A DNA stretch of 64,000 nt from an uncultured Nitrososphaeraceae archaeon (lineage in GTDB: Archaea > Thermoproteota > Nitrososphaeria > Nitrososphaerales > Nitrososphaeraceae). Shown one piece after another: positions 46,309 to 57,784 of the stretch (positions within the stretch are counted from its first letter, which is position 1; each line of letters starts with the position of its first letter). Below the pieces are notes generated by a model. That model was not told where the DNA came from. It was given only the letters and a program-made list of their open reading frames with translations, and ran no database searches. Location of the stretch: NCBI GenBank assembly GCA_963765895.1, contig CAVXZB010000038.1:1-64000 (forward strand), written 5' to 3'. The position numbers were made by a program, and so were the translations under genes.

Positions 46309-46814
46309 CTCTAACAGACAACTAATGCTATGATGATCAATGACTGAAATAAATGTATTAGAGAAGTCAACTAGCAAGTTGATTAGTTTAGCGACCATCT
46401 ATGATATGCTGAGAGTAGAAATGATTTGCTCGACTGCGAAGATAAGCAAAAATTCGAAAGGAGGAAGTAATGACATTCGAGAAATGATTTTGTATGTCAA
46501 TAATGGGCTTGCAAACAATTGGACTTACTAGATACCAAAGGTTAGCATTTATTGATTGTCGTAAGCTGATTTATTTCCTAAATAGATCTTTAATCTTATC
46601 TACCTCTTGATTATTTGACTCGAGTTCTCATTGACAACGACGCTACGATATATATTATTCCTAAATTCGAGAGGTTATATTGCCATAGAGTGGGTTGTCG
46701 GGATAATGCGAGGTACAGCTTGTTACGCTTTATCTCTCATTCGGCATCAAAATAAAACCGGAAATGATATTAACCTGATTAAATATTATAATAAAGTGTC
46801 CATGGTATAAGAAT

Positions 46815-47711
46815 ATGAGTGAGAATATGAATAGTGAAATGAAAGATTTTATGAGCGAAGAGGATATTGAGAGTTATTTTGTTAAGGACTCGTCACTGGC
46901 TAAATCATTGGGTGAAGACAGGTCTCAAAATAGGTTTTATAAGTGGATAAAAAAGGTGATCCATCTGAGTTAACATATGATCATATGTCGCCAATATCTG
47001 ATGTGATGGATCAAAATAACAATGCGATCTTCGACTGTGATACTATAACTGATGAATGGTTTAAGTGGTTCTATACAATTCCAGGGTCTATGAGTCCTGG
47101 TGAACATCCTGGTACGTTATACGGTGACACTAATAGATATGGAGCCTTTTTATTCACCAATAGAAACGTAAAGGTGTACTTTGCTGCGGTAACCCCTTTT
47201 CAGAAACCGGACATCCGAACAATTACGATAACGAATAAAGCTCCTCTTTTGGTTCCGGTTTATAACGTTTCTGCATCTCGAGAGAGCTATCCTGATAAAA
47301 GTGACGAGGATTTGTTAAAGCTTGTCAAACATGATCTCTCTGGTGTACGACCTGCATCCTTTTGGGCATCATTCGACGATTATGACAAAGATTCCAACAA
47401 GTTATACGGTTGCTGTGTTATAAGAAAAACTCCACTTATGATTACAGTACCCGAACATCCGGGATAATATATTCGGAATTCCGGAAGAGAGGCTCCTAAG
47501 AAGTGAAGGGGTTACTCATACTTTTCATGGTGGCTATTGGTTATTAATTAAAGAATCTGCACTCACCCCCGGAGAACATCTGTTGCAATTCAATGCAGAA
47601 TCGAGGAATTATGAGATTCAAGCCAAGATTCTTGTCCGGGTCTTGTACCGATCCGACTTAACCATACCTGGATTTTCAGGTGTCACGAACTTCTGCTACA
47701 CGAAATTTTGA
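46815..47711 (+). pseudogene. Divergent 'W..W..GxW' family protein (paralog 4), frameshifted near 46950 and 47460
   Basis: DEWFKWFYTIP, APLLVPVYN, then DNIFGIP...HGGYWLLIKE..LTPGEHLL in the next frame. Confidence 0.75.
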
Positions 47712-48481
47712 CAGCTTAAATTCCTAACCTAGGGTATGATGCGGGTATCGAGCGATCGAGCTCAGCACTTCCTATATAAGCCCACCTATGCAAATATTAA
47801 CACAATACGCCAAAATAGCCTTGAATATCAAATCTTTATTTCATGAATATGAAGAATCAAGTCACGGACTCATGATTTCGAGTACGAAAAGCATATAATC
47901 ATCATTCGTACATAGGAGTACTACCACAGGCACTAGTATGGAATCAGAATACAAGAGAAGTTATATGGAGTTTTCGGGTGTTGTCTATTATATAAAGGAA
48001 TTTTCAGATTGATCGCAGGGCATTCTTTCAGCATGTATATACTTCTTACTATACATAAATTTATCAAATGAAGTCACGGTCAGAGAAATAAATTTTACCT
48101 CGTACCAATTTCTGCACAATTTTCAATTAATCTACAAGACTGTCATCTACATGCTTTCAAATAAATGCATGAAAGGTAGTCAGTTTGCTAATCGTGGTAC
48201 TCAGTATTTTGTTAGTGAATAACTCGCCATAGAAACACAGGATCTAATTCAAATTTGATAGACGAAACCCCTTTTTTTTCCGGCATTCAGTGCTACCAAT
48301 TTAATACATCGTGATCAGTACTCCATAGCCTTATTATGAAAGCAGAGACAACCTAAACTACTAAGGCAAAATATTACAGACTAAAGTCAAGTATATTTTC
48401 AGACTATCGAATTAAAAAGGGATTTGTTGGCTCTCGTCACACATCTGATTATTATTATGGGAGTTTATTCGTAAGACATCT

Positions 48482-49341
48482 ATGGATAAAAAAAATTTGA
48501 TTATAATAAGTTTTATTATTCTAATTGGAGTATCGCTACTAATTTATTTTTACTATTTCCAAAAAAATCAGATTTCCCCAACCATATTCAGACATATTTT
48601 CAAGGTAAAAGAAATTTATCCTACAAAACATGGTGGGAGGGAATGGTTCCTCGACAGAAATAATCCAACAAGTGATGGTATATTTGATCCGGGTTCACCG
48701 ATAAGACAACGAGCCGATGCATCTTGGGAAATAAACGGAAACCTTAGGCCCGGTAACAAATATGAGGATCAAGTTAGAATGACTGTCGGAACACCAAACA
48801 GTCAGGAGCAGTGGAAGAATGTGGAGATAACAGGATATGCCAGAGTATTATCAGCTGACTCTAACTCAGATGATTTAGATTGGTATGCAAGAGGTGGAAC
48901 TCATAGCAGCGATGTTCCTTGTGAGGGTACCGCATTAAAAGGAAGTATTTCTGTTGACGGAGAGGTATCCTGGCTAAAGGAGATATGGCATACCGGAGGT
49001 TATACTAGGCCTAAAGATACCCATAAGGTCACAGATTCCATACTTAATAGGTGGGTCGGTTGGAAGGTAGTGATGTATAACATTCATGATAACAAGGCAG
49101 TAAAAATGGAGTCATATCTTGATAATAATGATGATAACCATTGGAAAAAGGTATCTGAATTGGTCGATGATGGGGGTTGTATGCGAGAAGTTCAAATGAA
49201 GAGTTTTACAGTGCAAATTGCAACAGAGCAAAAGACTATATAATTACGAATTCCGGACCGTTTGTAACATTCCGATCAGATAATATGGACTGGGACTTCG
49301 CAGACCTCAGCGTAAGAGAAATCGAGCCACCATCGCAATAG
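48482..49341 (+). CDS. Membrane-anchored beta-rich (carbohydrate-binding-like) protein, frameshift near 49178
   Basis: N-terminal TM; EIYPTKHGGREW, WKNVEITGY and WYARGG; continues WYARSSNEEF...FRSDN...SVREIEPP. Confidence 0.75.
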
Positions 49342-49743
49342 CACTTCAACATACCTTTTCCTTACATTCCAACATGGAAATATCTTTTGATTTGTAGAAA
49401 TAAAATTCTATAAATCAACAAACATAATCTTGCATCAATACCAAGTATTTGGCAGAGACGTCAAAGAAGTACTGGTTCTAACCCGTAGTCGATCTTAGCA
49501 TCGAACTGTGAATTGCCTAATTCTAATATCGAGAAATTATATTATTATAAGTCAAAGCAGTATAAATTTGATAGTGTCCATTATGCTATCTAGCGTACAA
49601 ATCATCAAGATTTAATTTGCCCAAATTAGGTAATGCATCTCAAAAGACAGTCGAGCAATCCCGAAAATCTGTATTATGATAATTATATCAAGTGGGTGTT
49701 ACCCCATGAATAACTGCTATGGTTTATACTTTATTTGTTTAGA

Positions 49744-50106
49744 CTAGACTGTCAACTTACTTTGGGAATGTGTATGATTTTCATTCCAGTGTTTCAGAAA
49801 TGCGTCGATATTTCTGTCCAGTGCTTCTTTTGAGTGAAGAAGAAATGATCCACCAAATTCCCAACCCAATTTGTCACATTCCAGACACTCCTTTTGATAT
49901 GTAGGACTATTACCATGTGCTTCGCCGACAACACATTTTGAAGGATGATCAAGTTCGTAATACCATTTAAACCATGTGAAAGTTAATGGAAATGGTAGTT
50001 TGTTACCTGGTTCCAATCTATTAGCCCATTTTGGCGCAAGTTCCTTCAGAGTCAATGGTCTAACTGGGTTTTGTACTTCCAAACCAAAATCAGTAGTGAG
50101 TGACAT
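49744..50106 (-). CDS. Hypothetical protein, probable metal-binding (CVVGEAH, CxxC, HWNENH)
   Basis: Intact 120-aa ORF. Confidence 0.75.
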   Translation of the reverse strand: MSLTTDFGLEVQNPVRPLTLKELAPKWANRLEPGNKLPFPLTFTWFKWYYELDHPSKCVVGEAHGNSPTYQKECLECDKLGWEFGGSFLLHSKEALDRNIDAFLKHWNENHTHSQSKLTV

Positions 50107-50424
50107 CTAACATATATCTATACAATGTTTGAATATTAAATGTATCTGGCCAAAAACCAGATGTAAAGATCACAGTCTAACGTCGGTAAGACATTGAAAT
50201 CGCGCTTAGAGCCCTGGTGGTCTGGTTTGAGGGTCATACACATACGATGGTCTAGTTATAAGGTAGCCAATAATGACAAAAATGTTGAAGGTTGAAAGAA
50301 TCACCTATTGTATGAGCCTTATATCCAAACCATATGTTGATAATCTTCTTATCAAACCTGATAATCTTTGAATTCTAAATCTAGCGGGGATAGGTTTAAT
50401 TCGCAATTATGATAATTTAAAGGC

Positions 50425-50709
50425 ATGACCTTTAGTCTGAGAAAGGCAATATCGAGTACTCACAGAAACCGCCTCAACAGGACTTTGCATATTATAGGTC
50501 TACCGATCTACATTGTGGGATGGACCCTAATGATCGGATTTTTTGCAGGATTAAATACTAATCCTATTATGGGAGTCGCGATATGGTCATTAGCAATTTG
50601 TTTTTTCCTGACTGGTCATAAGATAGAAGGTAACTTGAGAGCAATGACACTGATCATATTATTCAAGTACCTGAAGTCAAAGATCTCGATACCATTACTA
50701 GCGCGATAA
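50425..50709 (+). CDS. Mpo1/DUF962-like membrane protein
   Basis: HRNRLNRTLHIIGLP and GHKIEGN. Confidence 0.8.
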   Translation: MTFSLRKAISSTHRNRLNRTLHIIGLPIYIVGWTLMIGFFAGLNTNPIMGVAIWSLAICFFLTGHKIEGNLRAMTLIILFKYLKSKISIPLLAR

Positions 50710-51000
50710 TAGTGCTATGCGTCAGTTGGCCAAGACTAAATCCTTCAAGTCATAATTGATATCGTGTTAGAGTACAAACAACTATACTATCTCTCGCTTA
50801 CTTCACAGGTGTTGTCTCCTTGCACGATTATCGAAGTTTATAGATCTAGCGTTCGTTTTCCCTACGAAGTAAAAGATCAATACATCAGACTATGATTAGG
50901 CATGTCAGGAGCCTAGATATCGGATGTCAATAAAAAAAGGGTTGATAATTATAAAAATTGTATACTGGGTAAACTATACCCAGAGGCAAGGTAAATAGCC

Positions 51001-51439
51001 CTATTTATTATTCTTCTTCTTTTTGCCAGAAGACGCTCTCTTGACTGTTTCAATTGTTTGTGGAGCCGCTTCTTTTACTTGCTGAGCCGTCCCCTTGACT
51101 GTTTCGGCAATCTCATGTGCAGCAGTCGTTGTCTCGTCTATAGTACCTAGCAGTATCTCTAATTACACCGCGATCCCTAAGATCTTTTGCAGTTTCATTT
51201 ATTTCTCTTGTAGTGTCACGCGCAGCAATCATTGCTTCCGAGATTGCAGCGGTAAGTTCATTTATAGCACCACTTTGTCTCAGAACCCGCACAGTATCTC
51301 GAGTCTTATTTGAGGCCTCACGAATATTACTAGCGATATTTTTAATAGAGTCTATAGTTTTTTGCGTTTTCTCATCAAGAGTGACAGTTGATTTATCAGT
51401 CTCCTCCTCTCTTTCATGTATTGATGATGATGATGACAT
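51001..51439 (-). CDS. LEA-like amphipathic helical protein, frameshift near 51150
   Basis: Repeating A/T/E/R helices; continues ETVKGTAQQVKEAAPQTIETVKR to a stop at 51001. Confidence 0.6.
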
Positions 51440-51563
51440 TACAAGTGTATTCTTATATCTAATACTATTTTAATGTGCGTCGCATGGCAACATAGAATAA
51501 TCAAATTTTTAGCCATTCTAACCGCAAATCAAGTTTGAAATTTTATAATTCATTAGCCGGCAG

Positions 51564-52230
51564 GGCTCTGTTCACTTAAGCGGTTTTAGCTCCTTGTTAT
51601 GATAATCAATAAATAAATTCATCCAATTTTTTACATGTTCTAGTTTGCAATTCCTCAGTCTACAAGGAAAATAGTCATCAAAACATTCTGTTCTATCCTT
51701 TACATACTGTATTGTCCTTTCAATCAGACTTTTCTCTCATGAGGAATGAATATGGTGTCTTAGCTTTAGGTATCTACAGGCTTGTGGATACCATGTACCT
51801 CCATCTGTGGAAACTGGATGTTTTCCATGAACCTTCGCTAGATTTGAAATAAACCTCTCTGCAATGAGCATGTTTCTTTCCTTTGATATAGATAGTGTTA
51901 GAATATTCCTGTTTTCTGGCTCAATAGCAACCCAGAGCCAGACATATTCTGAACCAACTTTAAGCAATGTTTCATCAACTATGTATTCTGATATCCTTTT
52001 GCTTTTTGATGATATCTTTATGGGATGATACTTTTGTATCCAATTCCATATTGTTACATGGTTTCGTTTGATGTAATAAGACAATCGTTGAGCCGTTCTT
52101 CTAAGCGATAAGCCTGAAAAATACAAATACATACCACAACATACGTATTCTGGAGGCGTTTTATTTCTAGTAAGCACAAACGGAATAAGGCGTCTTCAAG
52201 CTATAGATTTATCGTTAAGTGAACAGAGCC
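51564..52230 (-). mobile_element. IS6-family insertion sequence (667 bp)
   Basis: Perfect 16-bp IRs GGCTCTGTTCACTTAA (51564-51579, 52215-52230); 8-bp TSD gccggcag/gctggcag with one mismatch. Confidence 0.93.
51572..52177 (-). pseudogene. IS6 DDE transposase with in-frame TGA at 51737-51739
   Basis: VDET, WLWVAIE, STDGGTWY, then *EKSLIERTIQYVKDRTECFDDYFPC. Confidence 0.9.
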
Positions 52231-52277
52231 GCTGGCAGTAAGGACATACTTAAATCAAAGCCTAGGAATTTTCTCTC

Positions 52278-53522
52278 ATGGCTGAAAGTGAGTTCCTGGT
52301 AACATTCATGCTTAGTTTTAGCCTGTTATTAGTTGTCATATCTGCAGTACAGCGTTACACTAGAAACTTTATCATACCCGGGGTAACAATCCTGATGTTT
52401 CTTGGGGCAATCCTGACCTCAGTTCCTAATGTTGGTTTCAAAATTGAGGAATTTTACAAATTTATTGAACAGATTCCTGATATCATATTACTAGTTATTA
52501 TTCCGATTTTAATTTTTGAATCTGGACGCAAATTAAAGATAGGACAGATAAAAAAAGAAGCTGTCCCAGTTGGTTTTTTTGCAATCATTGGAGTAATAAT
52601 AACTATCATAATTATAGGATTAGGAGTTACTAGTGTATTTCACGTTCCATTTATAGATGCCTTGCTATTTGGGACTATTCTGGCAGCCACTGATCCTGTA
52701 GCTGTAGGTATCATATTCAAAAAATTTCCGATTCCATACAAACTCAATACAATCATTGAGGGAGAGTCATTATTTAATGATGCGACTGGAGTTATCTCTT
52801 TTAATGTTATTAAAGGAATAATCTTCTCAGGTGTTGCCTATTCCTTACTGGATGTGTCTCTCTCTTTTATCTGGTCAATGGTAGGTGCAATTGCTCTTGG
52901 TACCGGAATCGGTTGGATTGGGGGAAAAATACTTAACAAATGGAAGGCTGATGGATACGTCGATTTCACATTTTCCTTAGGTCTGGCAATAGGTGGATAT
53001 ATTATCGCTGACCACTATCTACACGTTTCTGGGGTAGTTACCACTTTGTTTACTGCAATGCTTATCATTACCAAACATAAAGAGATTTCAACTGGAGTCA
53101 GAAAACAGTTTCACAAATACTGGGACTACCTAGGTTTTATCACAAACAGCGTCTTGTTCTTCCTTGTTGGCATTCCTTTGCTTACGGTGGAAAAAGCTGA
53201 AAGTGTCGGCGTTACACTATTCCTTATTGTAGTTGCTCCTTTTGCAGTTATGATGATATCGAGAGCTATGGTAGTTTACGGTGGAAGTATATTCTTAAGA
53301 ATCTTTAGAGTTAGAATCCCTCTTCAATGGCAAAATATCCTTACGCTTGGAGGGTTAAGAGGAGGCATGGCAGTAGCATTAGTTCTCTCACTTGCTGCAA
53401 ATTATCAATTCAAGGAACTATTTATCAGTTTGATTATACCCCTAATTGCGATTAACCTGGTAGTTAACCCTATTTTATTAAATCAGTACCTGAAAAAATC
53501 AAGCATTACAAAGAATACATGA
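52278..53522 (+). CDS. CPA1 (NhaP-type) Na+/H+ antiporter
   Basis: ATDPVAV, EGESLFNDA and GGLRG motifs. Confidence 0.93.
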   Translation: MAESEFLVTFMLSFSLLLVVISAVQRYTRNFIIPGVTILMFLGAILTSVPNVGFKIEEFYKFIEQIPDIILLVIIPILIFESGRKLKIGQIKKEAVPVGFFAIIGVIITIIIIGLGVTSVFHVPFIDALLFGTILAATDPVAVGIIFKKFPIPYKLNTIIEGESLFNDATGVISFNVIKGIIFSGVAYSLLDVSLSFIWSMVGAIALGTGIGWIGGKILNKWKADGYVDFTFSLGLAIGGYIIADHYLHVSGVVTTLFTAMLIITKHKEISTGVRKQFHKYWDYLGFITNSVLFFLVGIPLLTVEKAESVGVTLFLIVVAPFAVMMISRAMVVYGGSIFLRIFRVRIPLQWQNILTLGGLRGGMAVALVLSLAANYQFKELFISLIIPLIAINLVVNPILLNQYLKKSSITKNT

Positions 53523-53926
53523 AAAGTGAACTTTATGGATCCAATGCAAATAAAAAAAGACTTATTATTCAAGGAAGTATCTAATTCGACAGCTCTCGGT
53601 TTAGCATTTATTTTTATCAAAAATTTAATCTAGTGTATGACTATATGAATATAAAAAAAGAGAGATAATTCACAAACCAAAAAACTGGTTATGAGATATC
53701 ATAAATGCTGCTTACTAAACTAGAATAACATCTCAAGTAAACCTATAGTTGATGATTGAGAATTTGATATATCCGATAATCGGGTTCGTAGGAACTTTAT
53801 TGGGACTTGAGGCAGCATGGCACTTTACAGCTTGCAGGATACCTGACAGATCAATAAAACCCTGTGTCTACAGACAGGTAAAGTTAGCTCTTGCCAGGGC
53901 AGCATAGTTGAGAGTGAGAATAGATA

Positions 53927-54355
53927 TTGGCTACTAGACTGTCGGGGAGGCTCCTTATAGTCGATGACGAACCAGATGTTAACATAGCTTTAGCCAAGGT
54001 ATTAGAACGATATGGGTTCACGGTCGATTCGTATCGGAATCCGCTCAGTGCTTTAGATAACTTTAAGCGTCATTATTATGACCTAGCAATTCTGGATATT
54101 AAAATGCCTGGAATGAATGGTTTTTCACTTTATAGGGAAATTAAGAGGCTGGACAAGGGTCTGAAGATCTGTTTTCTTACAGCGGGAGAAATGTATTACG
54201 GAGTTTATTCTGATATACTTTCCTCATTACCAGCCAATCATTTCATACGAAAGCCGATTGAAAATCAAGAGCTTTTGTATCGTATTAACGAAATCCTAGG
54301 AGGTACTGTAGATCTTGCTAAAGGTAATTCATACTGGATTGAGACCATAATTTAA
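53927..54355 (+). CDS. Stand-alone response regulator receiver
   Basis: IVDDE, LDIKMPGMNG, FLTA and RKP. Confidence 0.92.
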   Translation: MATRLSGRLLIVDDEPDVNIALAKVLERYGFTVDSYRNPLSALDNFKRHYYDLAILDIKMPGMNGFSLYREIKRLDKGLKICFLTAGEMYYGVYSDILSSLPANHFIRKPIENQELLYRINEILGGTVDLAKGNSYWIETII

Positions 54356-54688
54356 GCTTAAAACTAACACAGTTCAGATGTTTTATTTATCAATCTATTG
54401 AAATTTTATTTTTATAGAGTATAAAGCATTACTACCAAACTGAACTAGATTTCATTATATTAATGCGGAAGTGGTTATTGAGCTGCCATTGCAACTGAAC
54501 CCTATTCCACTGATTAGTCATTCTTTACAAGTAAATTATTGATATCTGTCAAGATTATAAATAATACATACAGAATACAACTTTCATAGATTAATTGTAG
54601 GCACCCGACTTCACTATAAGCCATGAACTCGTCCTAGACTAATTCCTATTGTGCTTAAATCTGAAATTATTTAACTGGTCTAGATTAC

Positions 54689-54729
54689 TAATAATAATGA
54701 TGATAATAATAATAATAATAATAATAATA
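54689..54729. repeat. (AAT)n microsatellite upstream of and in frame with the kinase
   Basis: About 13 AAT/GAT triplets. Confidence 0.8.
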
Positions 54730-54818
54730 TTGATACTAATGCTAATAATGTTAATAAATCTAAGAAACAATCCAATGCCCTTAAATTTGCGACTATATTA
54801 ATTATAATAGAACACCAC

Positions 54819-57066
54819 TTGACAGTTTCACGCGAGAATTTGAATGATATCGAAAGGATTATGGTTTTGCGTGATCCAGACGATATAATAAAGACGTATT
54901 TATCTATACTCAATAATATAAAGGGCAAATGGAGTCATTTTGCAGATATTAATTCAGTTTCACAATTGCCCTTTATGTTTGATAAAATAAGGGAGATAAT
55001 GTTATGCGCTAAAGGAAGTCGCGAAATAAGGCTTAGGTTTATTACTGAAATTACTAAAGATAATCTAGAATTCTGCAAACAGGTTGCCGATACTGTGGAG
55101 GTCAGGCATTTAGAAGGAGTCAAAGGTAACTTTGCAATTAACGATTATGAATACATTTCTGTATCGACAACTGAAAGCCAGTCAGAATTAGAATCACCGG
55201 TAGCAACAAAAACAAGAACAACAACAATTCCATGTGCAGTCTATAGCAACGTGAAAGAAGACATACAACAGCATCAACGGATATTTGAAATTCTATGGAA
55301 CAGGGCAATCCCGGCCAAGCAAATGATTAAGGAGATGGAAGAAGGGAGCATCCAGCTATCAAACCAGGATAATTGATGATAGTCAGGAAATATCTAAGGC
55401 ACTTTATCGTTTATTTGCTAACTCTAATGAATTAGATATTTGTTTAACACCCGGAGGATTGCAATATACTTACGACCATTTCTTTGAAGTGATCAAAAAG
55501 CTTTGGCAGAAGGATCAGCAGGAAGATGGAAAACATAGTGGTATAAGATATGTTACTAGCATCGGTAAAGACGAAGTGGGTTTAGCTAAAAAATTTATGG
55601 ATGCAGGTATACGCATAAGACATGTAAAAAGCCTGCCACCTATGAGCTTTGTAGTGTCAGATAGCGAAATAGCAGCGACCATAGAAAAGATGGAAAGTTT
55701 CAAGATGGTTCAAAGCTTGCTGCTCAGTAGCGAACCAGCTTATGCCAACCATTTTAAAACAATATTTAAAGAGATATGGAAAAACGGAATTGATCTAGAC
55801 GAAAGGATTAACGACATTAAAGCCGGAGCAGACTTATCAGATATTGAAGTTATTCATAGGTCGCCTAGAGCACGAGTTATTTACTTCGACCTGGTAAAGT
55901 CTGCCGAAAAACAAGTACTTCTGCTATTTCCTACAACAGGGGCCTTTATCCGTCAACAGAGGATGGGAGTCATACGATTATGTGAGGAAAGAGCTAAGCA
56001 GGGTAATGTACATGTTAGGATATTATTGCCTGCAGACAAATTAACAGAACAAACTATACAAACTTTGAGACAAGATTATCCTGATCATATCAGTATTAGA
56101 TACATAGAAAAAGCTATAGGTACAAAGGCCACAATTTTAGTTGTTGATAATATGTTTTCCTTGGTGATGGAGCTTAAGGATGACTCAAAACAAACCTTCG
56201 ATGAGGCAATAGGACTATCAACTTATTCTAATAGCAAAGCAGGAGTCTTGTCCTACGCAGCAATATTTGAGAAATTATGGCATCAATCCGAGCTATACGA
56301 TAAAGTCAAGGAAACAAACAGGCTACTTGAATCTGCAAACGCTCGCCTAGAGCTGCATCAAAAGATGCAGCAAGAATTCGTTAATGTGGCGGCACACGAA
56401 CTACGTACTCCGATTCAGCCTATTCTTGGCATGATAGATGTTATTCGCTCAAGAAAAGAACTGACGAATAATGGAGAGCTGAATTCCTATCTCGCTTTAA
56501 TTGACCGGAATGCTCAAAGATTGAAGCGGCTAGCAGAAAACCTTTTAGACGTTGCACGAATAGAGGGCCAGTCACTTGTACTACATAAAGAGCATATAAA
56601 TCTAAACAGGGCAGTCTCCGATACTATTCAAAATGATATTAGGGATCACATCAACTCTAGCAACCGGGTGCCAGTAATTTTTCAGCCCTTTGAAAATGGT
56701 GAAATTATTTATGTGGAAGCAGAAAAGGAGAGAGTTATTCAAGTTATTGCAAATTTGATAAGTAACTCTATCAAGTTTACCAAGGATGGAACTATAGTAG
56801 TTAGTTTGTACAAGAGTACAGATGGTAAGCAAGCGATAGTTAGCATTAAGGACAGTGGTACTGGTATAGATCAAGAAATCTTTCCAAGGCTATTTGGTAA
56901 ATTTGCTACAAATTCATTCCAAGGTACAGGCTTGGGACTGTTTATCTCCAAAAACATTATCGAAGGGCACGGAGGCAAAATTTGGGCTCAAAACAATAGT
57001 GATGGTATAGGAGCTACATTTGCCTTTAGTTTACCGTTAGCTAATAAGATTACGACTATCAGATAA
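54819..57066 (+). CDS. Sensor histidine kinase with tandem input domains, +1 frameshift near 55345
   Basis: The N-part resembles the 27386 kinase input domain. The bridge ASSYQTRIIDDSQEI is in frame with 55459. AAHELRTP, NSIKF, DSGTGI and GTGLGL motifs. Confidence 0.9.
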
Positions 57067-57784
57067 ACTAGTAATAGAATCGTGCCCATCGTTATCAGAA
57101 ATCATCATATTCATATGTTGTTTTATATAATTTCATCCTGAATCGATAACGTACGTCTCAGGTACACAACTGGTAAAGATCTTAGCAACTTGAGTGAGTT
57201 TATTTTCTCGCTGCTTCCTAAAACTTAATATCTTTTGGTTGTACCCACGTCGTAGTTATTATAATAAATGTATTCAATTTACAGTATTGCTTTCACTCCT
57301 AAGCAGGTGGGGTTTTAGCTATTTTTACGTGTACCTGAAATAGTATCCCTATTATAGTAATAGCATAGATAAATAAATTGTTTTATACATCTACGTCGTT
57401 ATGATGTTCTATATAGATACCGTGCATTTATTCGTCTATACTTAGAACTAAATGAAGGACTATAACCAAGTTACTACTAAGATAATTGACAGCTCGCCGT
57501 CTAACCTGCTGACGGTTATAGTCGGACAGATAAGCAGAGTACGTTACTGAGATCAAACATTTGCTAGTTAGGTTAGATGTTGTTAGATCTGTCATATCAA
57601 ATTTCACTATCCACTCAAATAGCCTAAAGTCTGTGGAGTATAAACTTGCAATCATAATTCTTGCCGGGAAAATTAGTCAGAATTATACTGAAAACTCCTG
57701 AGTTCACACACTGGCAGTAAATGTTTGTACAGATCCATTCCTTATTGAGAAGTCTTAATTGGGATATTGTATATTTTATTCACT

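Noticed and set aside
51283-51290. GAACCCGC as a fourth att site
   Set aside because: Only 8 bp, inside a coding region and without the arm motif. The right end of element 3 was not found.
53781-53800. GGGTTCGTAG as the 5' half of the target tRNA
   Set aside because: The following sequence does not form D or anticodon arms; likely a chance match.
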